This document shows positions 42,264 through 56,100 of a stretch of 64,000 nt of DNA, one piece after another. Below the pieces are notes generated by a model that worked only from the letters and a program-made list of their open reading frames with translations, did no database searches and was not told the origin of the DNA. A program made the translations under genes and the position numbers. Source of the DNA: Tubulanus polymorphus. Taxonomy: Eukaryota; Animalia; Nemertea. Position 1 is the first letter of the stretch; every line of letters begins with the position of its first letter. The stretch lies in NCBI RefSeq assembly GCF_964204645.1, contig NC_134025.1:28996299-29060298 (forward strand), given 5' to 3'.

Positions 42264-42450
42264 TGTAGAGAGAATCCCACAATTATAACGAAAAAGTCCG
42301 AAAATGAAACTTCGAGATAGTAGTTTATTTCAACGTTTCGACCTTTTTCTGAAGATGACTATTAGGATAAAGTCGAAACGTTGAAATAAACTACTATCTC
42401 GAAGTTTCATTTTCGGACTTTTTCGTTATAATTGTGGGATTCTCTCTACA
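42264..42450. mobile_element. Perfect 79-bp inverted repeat, probable Penelope-like element pLTR remnant
   Basis: 42264-42342 is the exact reverse complement of 42372-42450, with a 29-nt spacer. The junction carries ctgaagatgact...agtcgaaacgtt. Confidence 0.75.
42344..42388 (+). ncRNA. Minimal type I hammerhead ribozyme motif (Penelope type)
   Basis: CTGAAGA core, stem II GACT/AGTC, GAAA, palindromic AACGTT stem III; stem I is weak (tttt/gaaa). Confidence 0.55.
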
Positions 42451-43007
42451 CTAATAAAATATACCAATATATTCAGTACAGTCTGGTCCAATTTTCCTTT
42501 TGCGAAATGAATTGTAAAACTCGGCAGTAAAGCAGTGAATTGAATGAATGACAGAAAGAGATCGATAAATCAACGCTCGCGTATTATAGAAAATCTATAC
42601 AACAAAATCAAGCTAAAATATTGTTTTAAATCAATAATCATCGCTGTCGGTCAATAAATCGATGCTACGCCAAAGGCAACAGCTCCAGCACGTGCTGCTA
42701 ACGTGTGATGATCATACCAACACGACTGAAATCTACTGCAGTGATATTAATCTAACCATATACGATTTCAAACGAGGTGTTCGAACATGACTCGCGTCTC
42801 TTATATCTGCGTGAAATGGATGAAAAGTTAGACATAGAAATGAGACATAAGATATATGCTGGAACGCCGCGTGACTGTCTTTCACGTTCCCGGAAAGAGA
42901 ACTCTTCAAAGGCAGAGCTATTTTAATACGATTACCACGTCTTACTTCCTGTACATATATAATCCGCTAAGTAATGTATACGTCACTTCCGCCTGCGGAA
43001 TACACAC

Positions 43008-43009
<2 letters not shown>

Positions 43010-43079
<70 letters not shown>
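43010..43079. repeat. (TA)n microsatellite
   Basis: Directly visible, ~70 bp. Confidence 0.98.
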
Positions 43080-43081
<2 letters not shown>

Positions 43082-43094
43082 TTGATGATATATA

Positions 43095-43173
43095 CAGGGA
43101 TGATAAGTGACCTAAGTTAACGACCCTAGCCCTAATCCTAAAACACAGTCTTTGAGGTATCGTTTCATCCCTG
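43095..43173. mobile_element. Short element with cagggatga/tcatccctg inverted ends and a telomere-like ccctagccctaatcctaa core
   Basis: 9-bp perfect (about 20-bp imperfect) inverted termini flanking degenerate (CCCTAA)n. Confidence 0.4.
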
Positions 43174-43970
43174 GATGTACATGTTCGGCTGTTTCATCAG
43201 GTATTATCGATGGCTCTACATTTCCTTTTTGAAAATTTCTCTCTGACATGAGTTATTGTCGATAAATTCTCAAATAGTTTTGACAAAGGGCTCTTCAAAC
43301 ATGTGTTACTGGCACACTTAACATGTTGTAGCCTATGTCTGTATTTACGTATCTTAAAATACTTCAAATTCCTACTCAAATACCTATAACACGTGTATAG
43401 TAAGTGGTTTGGGGTCGATGTAAATGCTGGATTAACTTTTGTTGCGTGAAACCATGTGAACTGGAAGAGGAGGGATCTAGTCGGATGAGAATTAGGCCTA
43501 TCGCATATAGGCGAAAGTCTCGAAACAGTCGTCCGAAACATTTTACTTGAGACTAACGTTGAAAATGAAATTTGAAATATGAATAAACAATGAGTTTTTC
43601 TTCGATATGTATGATGTCAAAACAACGCGAAATGAAATATCCCCAATAGATTAGTATATTTTATTTGTGTTTTCGTACAAGCATCAATCGTGTCTCATAC
43701 GATTTGTCTGAAATTTTGTCAAATAAAAGACAAGTAATTTGTGGCTGTATTGCGAGTGACATGAATTGAACTGCTGTTATTTTATCCACCACTGAACAAT
43801 CTGTTATACGAACAGTGTTAGTTCAATCGAGCGAATAAATATTTGTGAAGATCGAATTCCTACCGAAAGTGTTTTACCCATTGATTTAATCAAATAAAAC
43901 AGACACCGTATGATTTATCAGACACAGCGAGGATTTTACCGTCGATCATAGGCGAGAGAGGGATGAATCC

Positions 43971-44115
43971 GAATCCAGTTCCCCTTTTGTGAGTTAAAGA
44001 GTAGACTCTAAAACGAAATCGGTTTAGAGTCAACTTTCAGTAGAATTAGTTCATTTTTTCAATGTTTAATCACGGAGTCAAATCCCACAATTCAGAACTA
44101 TGGAACTGGTTCCAG
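43971..44115. mobile_element. MITE-like element, same family as 59088-59200 (opposite orientation)
   Basis: atccagttcc...ggaactggttcc termini; internal tagttcatttt..caatg..agtcaaatc shared with the reverse complement of the 59 kb copy. Confidence 0.7.
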
Positions 44116-47100
44116 AACAAATACCGTGAATATTATATAGATTTGTTACATTGTACACTACGTACCTTTAGTTAGCGAGGTATCTTCCGGTTTTTTGTCT
44201 GTATCCTAGGTAACTAGAGAATCCACGTTGGGTCTCATACATATCAACCAGTATAACACGATAGAGTATCGTCACCAATCAATGTATTCCTAAAATGAAT
44301 GATAAAAATGACGTTAACGATCAACGGTTGAAAATGTCGGTTTTTACGACGATAAGAATTGTTTCAGTGTTTGCACCTCAGCGCAGTCTCAAAATATCCG
44401 CCGAGCATTTCCTGCACAAGAAACAAGAATCTTTGAACGCGCATCTACTAGACAACTTTTCCAGATGTCAGATACATGCGCTAACTGTTTTACATCCACT
44501 TGATTTTTTTCCGTTTCGCCGATATCTATTCGGCATCGAATGAACATCTATCTATCGCTGGAAGATAGATCGTTCGTAAGAGTCGTGGAAAAATCTGATG
44601 CGCTCCGTGTCAAACTGTTGCTTGTCTCGGGAGTTTGAACGCGACGATCTTTAATAGATAAATCCGCCTACAACTCCATCATCCGACAAGACCGAACTGT
44701 TACGAAGTCGGTCGATCAAAAACCAGTCATATTCATATCGTGTCTATAGTAAAGAAATGATTCCAGTTATTTTCACATCTTCGGCTCCGCTGTATACAAC
44801 ATACAAATCAATTCCAGTTGTTTAGAGCTACGTATTTCCGTAAATATCAGGTGGATTGTGTAGTCTGCGTACGTGATTCACAGACTGAACGATGCAACGT
44901 GTGAAATACGCAGTGTCACTGGCGCTGTAAACACTCTTTGCCTCGACGACTTGTCGCATGTTTACGACGAACGCGATTTATAAGTTGAGTAGGACACTAA
45001 AGCTCCTTAAAATACACCGTCAAAAGTAATTGGTTATTCTCCGCATGAACACGATCTATCATTAATTTGACCTTTTACCAGTAACGGTATCCGGAAACCT
45101 TTAAATACCTTACCAGGCTTCAAATTCCGAAAAATAGTTCTCGCAAGTGATCCAACAGATCTGTAATTAATGCGTTTAGCGTTATTTGCTTTAAAAGCTG
45201 AAATCAAAGGAAATCTCGAAGACAATAATGTAGGCGTACTACCCGCGGGCTGCTTTCAGCTTTTATTTTTTTCATACGCCTTGATTACATGTTCCGTGAA
45301 ATCGGGCTAATGATTAACAAGCAAGTAAATAAGCGTCGAACATTTTCACAAAATGAATTCGTTCAATGCGGTCGCGTTGCCAGTGTTTTTGTATGCGCAC
45401 GAGATGCAGCAAGAAGAGAAAGAATGAGAGATTAAAAAAACTGTCATGATTAGCCTAACGGGACTCCTTACAATATTCATAGGTGCATCTACGTACATAC
45501 ACTCGATCAGTGTCTAACGCTTGTTCAGTTTTTCTTTTACGGTAAAAACTGTTCTTTTAGCTAACCAATTTCTTCTCGCGAGCTACGAACGGTTAAAAGC
45601 ATAAAACAGTCGTTTCCAGATTGCATGGTCGGGCCAGCGATCAACGAACTAGAAATCTACTGTGACCAACCATCCACACTGATCGAGCAGCGTTAACACG
45701 AATACTGCGTCTACTGAAAATGCCGTAAAACACAATCTGACAAGTGAGGCGTGATTTGATCATTCACTATACCAATTTATCTCCTGACAATAATCTAAGA
45801 GATGCCGCCGGGGTTCAACGTGTCGATTCTTTTTACTGTAGCGTGAACGCCAATGCTTCAGTTCTCCTGGGCAAATAACAGTTGAAATATTTATGCATTT
45901 CGAAGCAATCAACTTACATAGCACATCGGATGTAACAGTAGTTAGTTATAATTGTAGCCTTAATTCAATAAATGAAAACAAATTTGACGAATATATGCGT
46001 TGACAATACAGAAACCACAGTTTGCCGAGGGAGATTTGCGGCATTATCGGTAGCGCTATAGTGTCTAGTAGTATTTCCTTATTTAACAACATCTTCATCG
46101 CGAATAGAGTGGTTTATCGGGTACTCCCGTGAAGGTAATCGTGGATGACTGAATTTTATCTCCTCGCGTGCTGCTAGAAATTGACGCAATAAAGTTAAGA
46201 ACATCGACGCAATAAACTACGCATCCCTGCGACGTTTATAGTTCTAATAAAGAAGGTGATAACATTCATATAATATTATCAGATTGTATACACGAAATGA
46301 TGACCAAATATAGAGAATATCAATTATCTCATCTACAACTCTTTCATGTTGGCTCTTTCTTTTTTATTCTTCCCTCGCGATAGACTCGCAGGAAAAAACC
46401 CCTTCGACGTGATAGTGTTGTTAAGACAATCCCAAATGAAAACTGCATACCTCGCTGGAGGCAAAGCTAAACACAAAGATAGATTATCAAATGCCTTTCC
46501 CATTATGATGGTTATAAATCAGAGCTAATAGTATTTTTGCTACTGTGTTTTTGTCAATTCTAGAGGGATACAGGTTTATCAGCCGATTATTCATGCCATT
46601 AACATGTCGCACATCAAAGTGAAGGCACATCTAAATGTCGGGTAATTTTGTCAATTTGGTAAGTAATACAGCCCCTTCCAGCAAAGACATCGGTAATTAT
46701 GGCAAATTATTCTAACGTAGAGACACATTTAAGTTCCTGATTTACATATAACGAATTCGACAAATAACGGCCAGTAACAGTGGGATAGATCTGCGAACTG
46801 AATGAGCTATAAACAGTTGCTTTTCGAAAGACTTTCCGCGCTGTTCCCTCTAAAAACATACCTAATCAACGAATTTGAGCGTTTAATAAGAATTCCTGGC
46901 ATGCCATAGACAGGAGATTACGATGTGTCGCGTTGGACAACTAAATAATCGCCGTTCTGGCTGAAAGTTGCCATTTATACCGTTTGCCATCATTCGCGTA
47001 CAGAGATTTGGGTTCACATATTTCCGCATGATAATTGATCCCGGAAGTGGAATCTATTTACGTTAGATAGAGATGGCTGGAAAAGTTCGTGATCTGATTT

Positions 47101-50100
47101 GGAAACAACACGACAGATTGGTCTGTGTCGGCTGTGAGCACCGTTTGTACATAGCAACCGCCTTATAAATGTTTAATAATGATAGCAACTTTTTAAGGGT
47201 CTAAATCCAGGTGTGAATGCAGGGTACCTCACACGAGACACACACACAAATCTGAAATGCCCAATCTTGAAGAAAGGCAGAGAAAAAATTCAAACATTGA
47301 CAACTTTGAAAATGTTTTATGAGGCAAAATTTCCTCAGTAAAAATCTCTGAGATTATTTTTTTGGGTGGTAGCTAGGGTCGTGCAATTCTCGCCTAAAAA
47401 ATTATTTCACCGGGAACCTGAATGAATAGGGCGCTCTGCAAGTTGCACATTGCCTAATCGGTTATTGATTCATAAGGAGCCTTTTTTGAAGAAATAACCC
47501 TTTTCATCTGGCTAGGTAGTCAAGAATTGATCCCTGGATCTACCCCTGAAATCAACCTTGAAAAGTCCGCGTAGGCCACACTATCTTTGACGAGAAAATC
47601 TCCGAACATAAGTCCGTATATCGAACGATATCTGATATAAACGGCGTCCACTGTCGCCGCCAGAATCTCGTATAAATCCACATTTAATCAGTTCTTTCAC
47701 CACGTGAATTAACTGACACAAGACAAGCGTTCTTTCCTAATGCCATGTCTGACATATAACGGTCCATTCTAAAAAACTGATCGAACATAAAACCAATACA
47801 TATAAGTACGTAGGCCCTCTATGACAATTTCAGTCTAACAATACGTCATTATTGGAGAACGTTCTACAGTGTAGATATCGTGAAACTGAGGACAAAAAAA
47901 AATCCAAAATAGTGTAATGGTACTGGAGCATTCCCAACTGATGAAATGCGATTAGAGATCCGTTCACTATGAAGTTAAGGAGGTTCATATTCGGTCGAAT
48001 ATCGGATCGTTTTAGTGCGATATCGTATTTATTTATCAACTCGTATCAGATTTTACGGAAAAAGGAACGCGGTAAGTTCTCATGAGCAAGTATAGGAATC
48101 AATTTTGAGCTGTGGTATGTGAACATGTACGTATGTAATCGAGAGGAGTCCGCAATTAATTGTAAAGAGAAAAAATGTTTAATGAGCCACGCGCCTGAAA
48201 CATGGAAGAATCCTCGGTAAAACAACAGCCACGTAAAAGCAATGCATTTCTTTTCCGTTCAATACTTTCCATTACGAGTCTTCCAGACATCACATCCGGA
48301 TAATTAAACGGTCTGGCAAAGCGTCGAGCAGTTGTTCCAGTTTACACGATAGGAAAAAACATTCAAATTTCGAAATCCAGAAGTATAGTTTTTGAAACTT
48401 AATAGTTTTGATAAAAAAAGAACAGATTTATTTTACCTTATATCTGAATACATCAGCAACACGAGCTCCTAGGATCCGTATGATAATAATCAGACTATAA
48501 GCAGTGTTCTGGTTATAAACTGAGAGATATTCCACGTCCTTAGATGAAATCACGTGCATTCCATGCAAAACAGTCGCCGGTGATGTATAAAAATTATCAT
48601 CACATCTCTATAGCTACTGCACTATTTACCTGTCCGCCCGTTATGAAGCAACGTCCCAGTAATAATGGGGCATGAGTCACACAGTTCCACTAACACACTC
48701 TTCTCTTACTGTTATGATATAGCCATTACCGACAATTCTGTAGTTTCATTAGTACCAGGTGGATGTTGTCACAAGCTAGACGCGTTAAATGATTTTATAA
48801 TGTACAAGAGGCTTACAACATATACAGTTCCTGCAATACAATTGAAAACCAATGAAATCCGCAGTGGACTCAACGTCACATTCAATGAATCAAAATTACC
48901 ACTGATGAAGACGCCTTGGAATAATCGTAGATTAGAACCCTAAGGTGACACTCTCAAACGGGAACACAGATTGTGAACGAAAATCTTACAAATTAAGCTT
49001 CTAAAATCAATTATGGCTTCTTACATTCACGCAGTTCTGCCCGCCCTCGTTCTTTTTGCAATATTCCGCCGAGTTCGTCTTGTCGAAGGAGTTAAAGAAT
49101 AAAGTTCTCGTATCTAAACCATAAATAATAGAAAGTTATGTTCGTTTTGCCTCAGCTTATTAATTCTACCAGTTGCTCTATATCACTTTTATTAAGTGGA
49201 AATTGTTTTTGTAATGAACCTCGCCTTGTTAATAACGCATAAAACATATTGCAATTTGATCTAGAAACCAGAGACACTGTGCCGTACGGACAATATGTCA
49301 ATAACCGATTTGATTAACAAGGACATTGTTACCCAGCTCTACAAAATTAGTTCAATTCTAATAACTTAGATTACTCCTGAAATTGAGATTCAAACAGCAC
49401 GTGATGGCGACGATTTATGATGAAAGCCATTTTTATTAGAACAATTTTGAATCGTCGTTCCATGGCAAGGGGCACCTGTTCGTGAGAGATGCACGATGGA
49501 AATTCCTGTGTTTCGTGGACTCGTATGATTGCATTTCTAATGTAATCACTACCAAGTGATTGCAAATTGAGATTTACCAACGCATTCTCGAGGAAGATAA
49601 GCTCTTGTTTTATAAAACGAGTTAGACATTTCTAACTGTAAATATCTGCCAACAAAGAAGGATCAAGGTCATTGCTCAATATGGTTATTTTCAGGTCAGT
49701 AATCATGACTCCATGTTCTCAGTAACAATCAATGCTCCTTACGAACTTAAAAACCGTTATGTTATTTTTCTTCCAAAAAGACCGCGCCTTTGATGTCGGG
49801 AACTGTTGACCTTAGGTAAATCAGACAATATGGTGGATTTTTTATGTGTGCGACGAATTTCATTATTTCCCGCACGAAGGCGACATGAAATGTTATCGAA
49901 TCATCGCCGTCATTTTTCTATATACGAACACACATATATACGTCTTATCCAAAATTCTCAAGAGACGATGAGAGATGCCACAGGCGAAACGAAACCTTGA
50001 CATCGTATTCCCAGTAATACGGTTTGTCTATAATGATCGCATGGATGCGCCGGCTTTTTTTTAGAAAAAAAATTAATCGACATCTTTTCGTTCAGATCAT

Positions 50101-53100
50101 TTCGTGTGATGACCTCGATTCCCTGGGGTTTGATCCGGTAATTTCTGAAATCTAGAATATCATATCGTAATCTAAGCAGAATTAAGTCAGAACAAGATCA
50201 AAACGATAAGAATTGTCGGCCATTTCTGAGGTGCCGTGATTGAGATATATGTGTCTAATCAATTATTAATTTCTGCCACTTAGCGCCGTTTTTCTGACAC
50301 TTAATGACGGAATTTTTCGATCTAAGTTGATATCATTTACTGCTCGTGTTTTACCGAAAAACCACCGTCAGCTGCAAATTCCGATAACGTTTCGCACGAA
50401 TCTGCGCAAAGTCAGAAACTGAATTCTAATCACGTACACCAATTATGGAGAAATCTATATATAATTTCGTATAATAACTGGCCAATATTTCAGGCATAAT
50501 TTACGATAATTTAAGAGAATAATTGGTTAAGAGATTAAACACTCAGATCGATGATTCTTGTTGCATTTGTGCGAAAAATAGATTTTACAGATTTCCTACG
50601 TCTTTTTGCTATGGATCCTAGTTAACTTCGTAACGACCTTCAAGTCAAATGGGCATCATTCTGACGGGAGGTAATACCATATTTGCCGTTGTTCTATCGC
50701 TGAAAGGTTTTTTCTCAGCGACGGGAACCTTGAAGTGCATAAGTTATTTCTGTAGGCGCTCTACTTTCCGTATAATGTTACTGAGCGTGGTAGGAATACG
50801 AGAAATGGATCGGTGGTATTTAATCAGCGACTCTTGGGACTCAAGTGTTTACAGTAGAGAAATCCCGTTAATCAAAACAGACGAAACCTCCGTATCATAT
50901 ACATTACATTTTCCTTTTAATCTTCGCGATCGTCGGATTAATATCTTTTCAAAAAAGTGATCTCGCGTCACATCGTCATAACCCCAATCAATGGTAGCTT
51001 GAAAGCGAAAGCTAATGAGTTATTTATCTTTTCGACCCGACTGCAGTCGATTAAGAACTCGCAATCGACGCCATATTGCCGGAAGTTTCCAAATCCCCAT
51101 ATCTCTTAATACTGTTATGTTTGGCAAACCTCCAGGTGTGACGAAAAAGCAAGCGATGACGTAACGAGGAATCTGTACTGAAGGGCACTGAACTGGTATT
51201 CAGTTTTTAGTGAAAATATGTCGCGTCATAAATCCGAAGATATGAAACAAAACACTTTAGTTTTAAGTGAAATAAATATCTATCGCTTAAAAGCCATTTG
51301 AATTATTTTTGCCGTACGAGAAAGCCAATTCTGTCATTAGGAATGTTTCATTTGTTTTACTTCCGTCAGTCATGAAACAGGAAAGATTACTAATCAAACA
51401 ACCGCTGACTCACAACTGATGAAACACAACACAAAACCATGGTAACCATAGCCACCGTAAAACACCTTCAATAGCCTAAAAGCAAATCAGTTCTTTTTCT
51501 TTTCATGATCATACAGAAAAAACTGTTAGTATATATTTGCTTAAACGAGTCTTCAGATTTCTAATATAAGGTTTGAAAATCTCAATTGAATTCATTCGAG
51601 TGTCTGTGGGTTTGTAGCGCAATATATCTACACTTTCTACACGTGCTACAAATTCTCAGCGTTGTTCTCGAAATTCTAGATGATTCTATTGGTATTTTTA
51701 GTGATCGTTTTACAACATTTCAACGCTGGTTAGTTCTACTTGATGTTGAACTCGACGCGGTACCAAATTGACAGTTTAATTTCACAAGGATGTCCCACGA
51801 GCGACGCCGGAATTAATATTACAAACTGCTGAGAGGTAATCACTAGCGATAATGTGACTCAAATTGTCAATAATGTTTTCATCCCTGGAGATTCGCACTC
51901 AAAGGTGAATCGATTTTTTCGTTTAATTTGTCTGATGGATTCTGAATATCGATGAGTATGTATTTTAGCAAAAACGGGCGTCGTCATGAGCAGCACGTAT
52001 AGGATTTGAATACTCGCGTGCCTCGTGTGTCACCTTTGTAAACATGAACTAGAACCACGCGTGGCAAACATGGGTTTGATGTTATGAATTAAAAGAAATC
52101 ATATCGTATATCAATTTGAGGAAACTGAAACTGAGTCATTTACATAATTGCAAGCATTCCTTATACGGTCATACAGAATGAAGGATAATCATGGACATTA
52201 CGGACGTGAAAACTGTACTTAAGTTAAATATTTGCCAAAAAGGTCGAACGTTTTCGCCGCACGTATAATGATTGGACCAGACTAGAAACACTTTATCTGC
52301 ATCACGTGGGACACAGGTAACTGAGATAAATATCCACAGGTATCAGTGGCCTTGTCGCCCACCAGTAATCAGCCACAAACTAGACGTCCCTTGACAACAT
52401 TGTCGAATAGCGATAGATTAGCAACGAAGTATTGCAGACTTGACTCCCAGTCCCTAGTGGGTGTTATTAGGATATAATTACCATCCTGGCTCAGAACTGC
52501 ACGAGAATCACCCTCCCTTGGCACTTAACTATCGTTATTTTCACCCATAAATAAACCAAACTGCCTCATCTTACTTCATACAGAGAACATGAAGTACACG
52601 AAATTTCAGGTTCACATATAACAGTCATAAATGCTCTTAAAATGCGCTTAAACGATCCTCACGCTAGATTTTTTCAGAAGGCTTTGCTTGAGGCAACGCT
52701 GAGACGTTCTTACATCCTGATACGCTTGAAGTGTGACCAGATCCGGTGCCGAGTAATTACCCTTTTATTGTGAAGAACGAACCACCCAACGGCTACAACG
52801 ATTTGTCGAATGGAAACTAGCCAACAAATAATTGCTTTCTATTTCACTTTAATGAACCAACCAAAAATCGTAAAATCTATCAAGGTTGAATAATGCCTAA
52901 TACGGCGAACGTTCAAAACGGGCCTTGATATAAACGGTAATTTATATGATCAATGGTACTGGGTAGACTTCAGATCCAGACGAGGGAATCCAGACGAGGG
53001 ATGGTATGCACAGTAGTTCTGCTGTTCAGTATATATCGAAATTGTTTTGAAGATGTTCGAACAAGCAGACCGGAAAGTCACTGATAAGAACTAAATCACT

Positions 53101-56100
53101 ACCGCTCAATTGCTTATCGATACAATTTCTGTCTGTACTTCCTACCGTGACCATGACCTTCGGCCTACGACGATGCGAATAATGATCACGTGACACGATC
53201 GAAGCAAATTTATAAAATCCCAGCGCCCAGTACAGCACTAGAAAAGTAACGAATTATTCCGAATAATAGCGAGGAGGTGGTGTTAATTCTACTATGCTTG
53301 AAATCAGATAAAAATCAAGAAATCGAACCCGAATGCAATTTTATAACGATACATTGAAATTCGAACCATCGTTTTAAAATCGGAATCCATTGGCGTGATG
53401 TTTAGAAATGTTCATTGTGTCAAAGATCTCACGAAAGTTTTCTTCGTGAAAGATGATATTTGTTGTGATTCCGAGCGAGTGAGTAGACCCTGAGAGATGT
53501 CAGTAAATCGCTACAAAAATCGATTTGTCGATGACCTCATATCAGAATATAAGACGGAGTTCATCCGAGTAGACTGCGATGACAAAAAACATTAACCTTC
53601 CAGGCTTACCTTTAAATATGTAGTGGTGCTAATCTTGCGCGGGTTTACTGTTACTGATACTGGCTATTTGAGGCGCAGCCGAGATCCGAGGATAATATGT
53701 CATTTCGAATGGAAATATTCAAAAAAAAACATAGCTCGTATATATTCGTATAGAAGATGATATCGATCAAAGTCTATTTCATATATCTAGAAATATTGGT
53801 GTTTGGATTTTGCATCGACAGCTGTGTGAATATAGCACTTAAAACACGTGACTTCTGCTCTGAACGACCTTTCCGTCATGCGCACGGGTTCATTCGAGAT
53901 TCTTCAGGGATTGGGTGTTTTTATTGAGAATTTCTTTTGGTATTAGTAAAGCGGATAAATCTATTCGAGCTGCGTGCTATTATCTAGCGGGGATTATTAG
54001 AGTAAGTCTCAATTATTCAATATGTTTGATAAATGACTGGAGTACTGAGGCACCGTCCATCAGAGCTCAGTTTCTACGCATAAGTATAGATTTTCGCTAA
54101 AACAGGCTCGTTACCCGGAACCGCGTCTTTCAAGTATAAAACGTCGAAATACACATCTTCTATCGTTTAATGCACAGGAGACATTTACGATTGAATTTTG
54201 CCGTCGTGACAGAAAAATTGACAGAACGGAAACGAACAAAACTACTAAATCTTAAATACGCACGTTCGTTTGAAGTAACAGTCGGCACTTTTTAAAGACA
54301 TTGCTCTGTCGTTCATTGAACCTACTACCGTCCGAGGCCAAAACCCTCAAGAATCGAGTAGTATAAAATTACCCTATAATAATCAGCCCTCCAGAAGACA
54401 ATTTTACTGCTTGACTACATTTATGATGTGTTCGCCCATTGATCATCTTATCAATCATGGTTCATCGAATCCAAATCATCTTTTAATCTTTCTTGGTTTG
54501 AGGTTTCAAATATGGACGTGCTTGAATGTAACAAATAGCATGATACATAATTAAATGATAACGCAGTTTTATGAATTATTCATGAAAACTTCTAACGGCC
54601 ATCGATTCTGCTAAATCCAGTGCATCTGTGTCATTCAGAGCAGCTCATAGTAAATTGTTATTCAATCCAAATTCAATATTATTCATACGAACCTTCATTG
54701 ATTTAAACACGAATTCGGATGAGAAGACCATTCGATGTATACAACATGGAATTCCACTGGCAATAGATTTCAAAAAGAAATCCTCATTCAGAATTCAGAA
54801 TTCACGACCAGTTTTCAAAACCGCAGTGTCTTGGATAAAAACAGAACTGAAAATACGTAGCATCAAAGAATAGAAACTAATTCTAAATTGTAATTGCGAC
54901 ACTCATGATAAAGAAAGATCATTTATTTTACTGAACTATCGATTCGATATACTTTTTGAATATTCAGTTTTGATCCCATTTTATTTATACGTCACACGTC
55001 ACTGTTTCTACGTATTAAAAAAAAAAACTGTAATGATTTTTACTCATTTAGACGCACGCAGAATATTGACGTATTCTCTGAAGTGAAGCATGTTTCTAGT
55101 AATCGTTACAGCTGTAATCTAAGACATAGTAAAATCTACCTGGGGCTTCAAAACCAATCAATCCAAACATACGCAACGTGTCTATATGCTACCAGATATA
55201 CATAGTAAATATAAAATTGTTGTGTTTTTCAGGCATCACGTACACAACGCAAATGTTATGCATCGATATTCTATCGTGGTTATCTAGGGACGTTATTTCA
55301 TTCTAATTATTTGGATAGATACGAAAGATTTGCCGCGTGCCTCCAATTAACCTAGAAATGCATCGATTAGATTATAACGGTGACCAGATTGTAGTTCACG
55401 ACGGGTGGAGTCGTAAGATAGATCAGCAGTGATTAAAACTTTGATCGTCAAATTCAATTTTTGATCGATGGTCTGTCATCGGCTATGGCTGTGTATTTGA
55501 AGCATGGATGAGACCTTTCATTAACGAGTGATCAAATTGATAAATGACTCAGCTGGAGCTGTGTAAAATGCTAGATTAAAGTTGATTAATTACCGTAAAT
55601 GAGCTATTTTACATTTTCTATTAAAACACGATCGACACTTTGAAAAATATCACCTTAGATTCACACGTAGAATATGAAAAAGCTGTGTCGATATTGACAT
55701 AATTCTCATTATTAATCTTTATCTTTTGAATAAAGAAATGCGTTTAAAAAATCCTGGCAAGTCGAACAAATTGTCATAAGGTAACGAATAACGTGTCGCA
55801 GTAACCAGTCAAAAAGTCGTCACAGCACCTCACCGGTTACCACACCTACAGGTGTCTCATACAACACCTGACCGGTGGTCACCTTCTTGACCACTGACTA
55901 ATGGGGTATCATACCACACTGGAGAAGTCACGAGTTCGAGCTAGTATAGGCCGGTCAAGTGTTTTTCGATTTTCATTTTTTCCGATCTGGAATAATTCAG
56001 ATTGTAATAAGGCGACTCACGTGACCCACAATAATTGAAATAATTGTCCTTATAGCTATAAAATGAATATGGCTCAATGTATTGTGCGCATCTAAACTCC

